IMG/VR virus record: IMGVR_UViG_3300044675_001548
Coordinates: 1-64,000 of that record
Direction: 5' to 3' (one strand)
From: a virus
DNA: 64,000 nt
Below are positions 63,676 to 64,000 of the stretch, piece after piece. The notes beneath the pieces were generated by a model that ran no database searches, had not been told where the DNA came from, and saw only the letters and a list, made by a program, of their open reading frames with translations. Position 1 is the first letter of the stretch. Every line of letters begins with the position of its first letter. A program made the position numbers and the translations under genes.

Positions 63676-64000
63676 ATGGCAGAATTATTTAATGGTGCAC
63701 AGCCACTACAACCTGTAAGTGAAAGAGATGCTTTATACAAAGCATTAGCAAAAATGGCGGCTAGAAGCCGGGGGGATATAAAATCTTTAAGAAGTGCCTG
63801 GCCCAAATTTAATGATGCCTTTTGTGATGGATTAGAATGGAGAACTATCACCGTAGTTGGTGCTAGACCTGGTACAGGTAAAACTTTATTCATGGAACAA
63901 TTGATTAGTGACATTATTGAGATGAACAGAGATCAAAGATTCCGTGTATTAAAGTTTCAAATGGAAATGGTTGATGAGACCAGTGGTATAAGAAAGTTTA
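63676..64000 (+). CDS. DnaB-like replicative helicase, N-terminal part (runs off the right edge; not in track)
   Basis: Hand translation MAELFNG...TITVVGARPGTGKT...VLKFQMEM (Walker A plus SF4 motif). Confidence 0.85.
   Translation, partial: MAELFNGAQPLQPVSERDALYKALAKMAARSRGDIKSLRSAWPKFNDAFCDGLEWRTITVVGARPGTGKTLFMEQLISDIIEMNRDQRFRVLKFQMEMVDETSGIRKF

Noticed and set aside
1-64000. Stop-codon reassignment as in some crAss-like phages
   Set aside because: Long genes are intact under the standard code, and TAA, TAG and TGA all end tightly packed genes (e.g. TAG at 33338, TGA at 63496).

Overview
A 64-kb piece of a large, AT-rich tailed phage genome with crAss-like gene order. The host is most likely Bacteroidota: there is a TTG-N20-TAnnTTTG promoter, leaders are A-rich without Shine-Dalgarno sites, and ClpS and the lipoproteins are Bacteroidota-type. 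Bases 1-43,200 are a minus-strand virion, packaging and lysis block. It holds a tail stabilisation/muzzle-like protein, ring proteins, Cys-rich and collagen-like fibres, a Dps-like protein, a cluster of Lys-rich proteins with repeated xxxGG motifs, major capsid, scaffold, portal, TerL, endolysin, GroES and an Acb2/Tad1-like protein. From about 43,400 the + strand carries an early region built from terminator-promoter-small gene cassettes, with 12 copies of an AACAWCTT-N3-ACTTA motif counting one at 51.6 kb. It continues with replication/accessory genes (HNH, GIY-YIG, ParB-like, SF2 helicase, ClpS, UDG, DnaB). The main finds are three. (1) About 800 nt of repeated, covarying, tRNA-shaped and CAGCAA-stem RNA structures lie directly upstream of a DUF2828/TROVE(Ro60)-vWA-like gene, with a paralogous structured RNA at 44.7-45.0 kb; together these are a candidate phage ncRNA-protein system. 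(2) A minimal SET-domain lysine methyltransferase ORF at the left edge is missing from the ORF track and is fused to the same xxxGG motif. (3) That motif occurs more than 20 times in basic virion-module proteins. All family assignments come from motif recognition only; no searches or folding programs were run.
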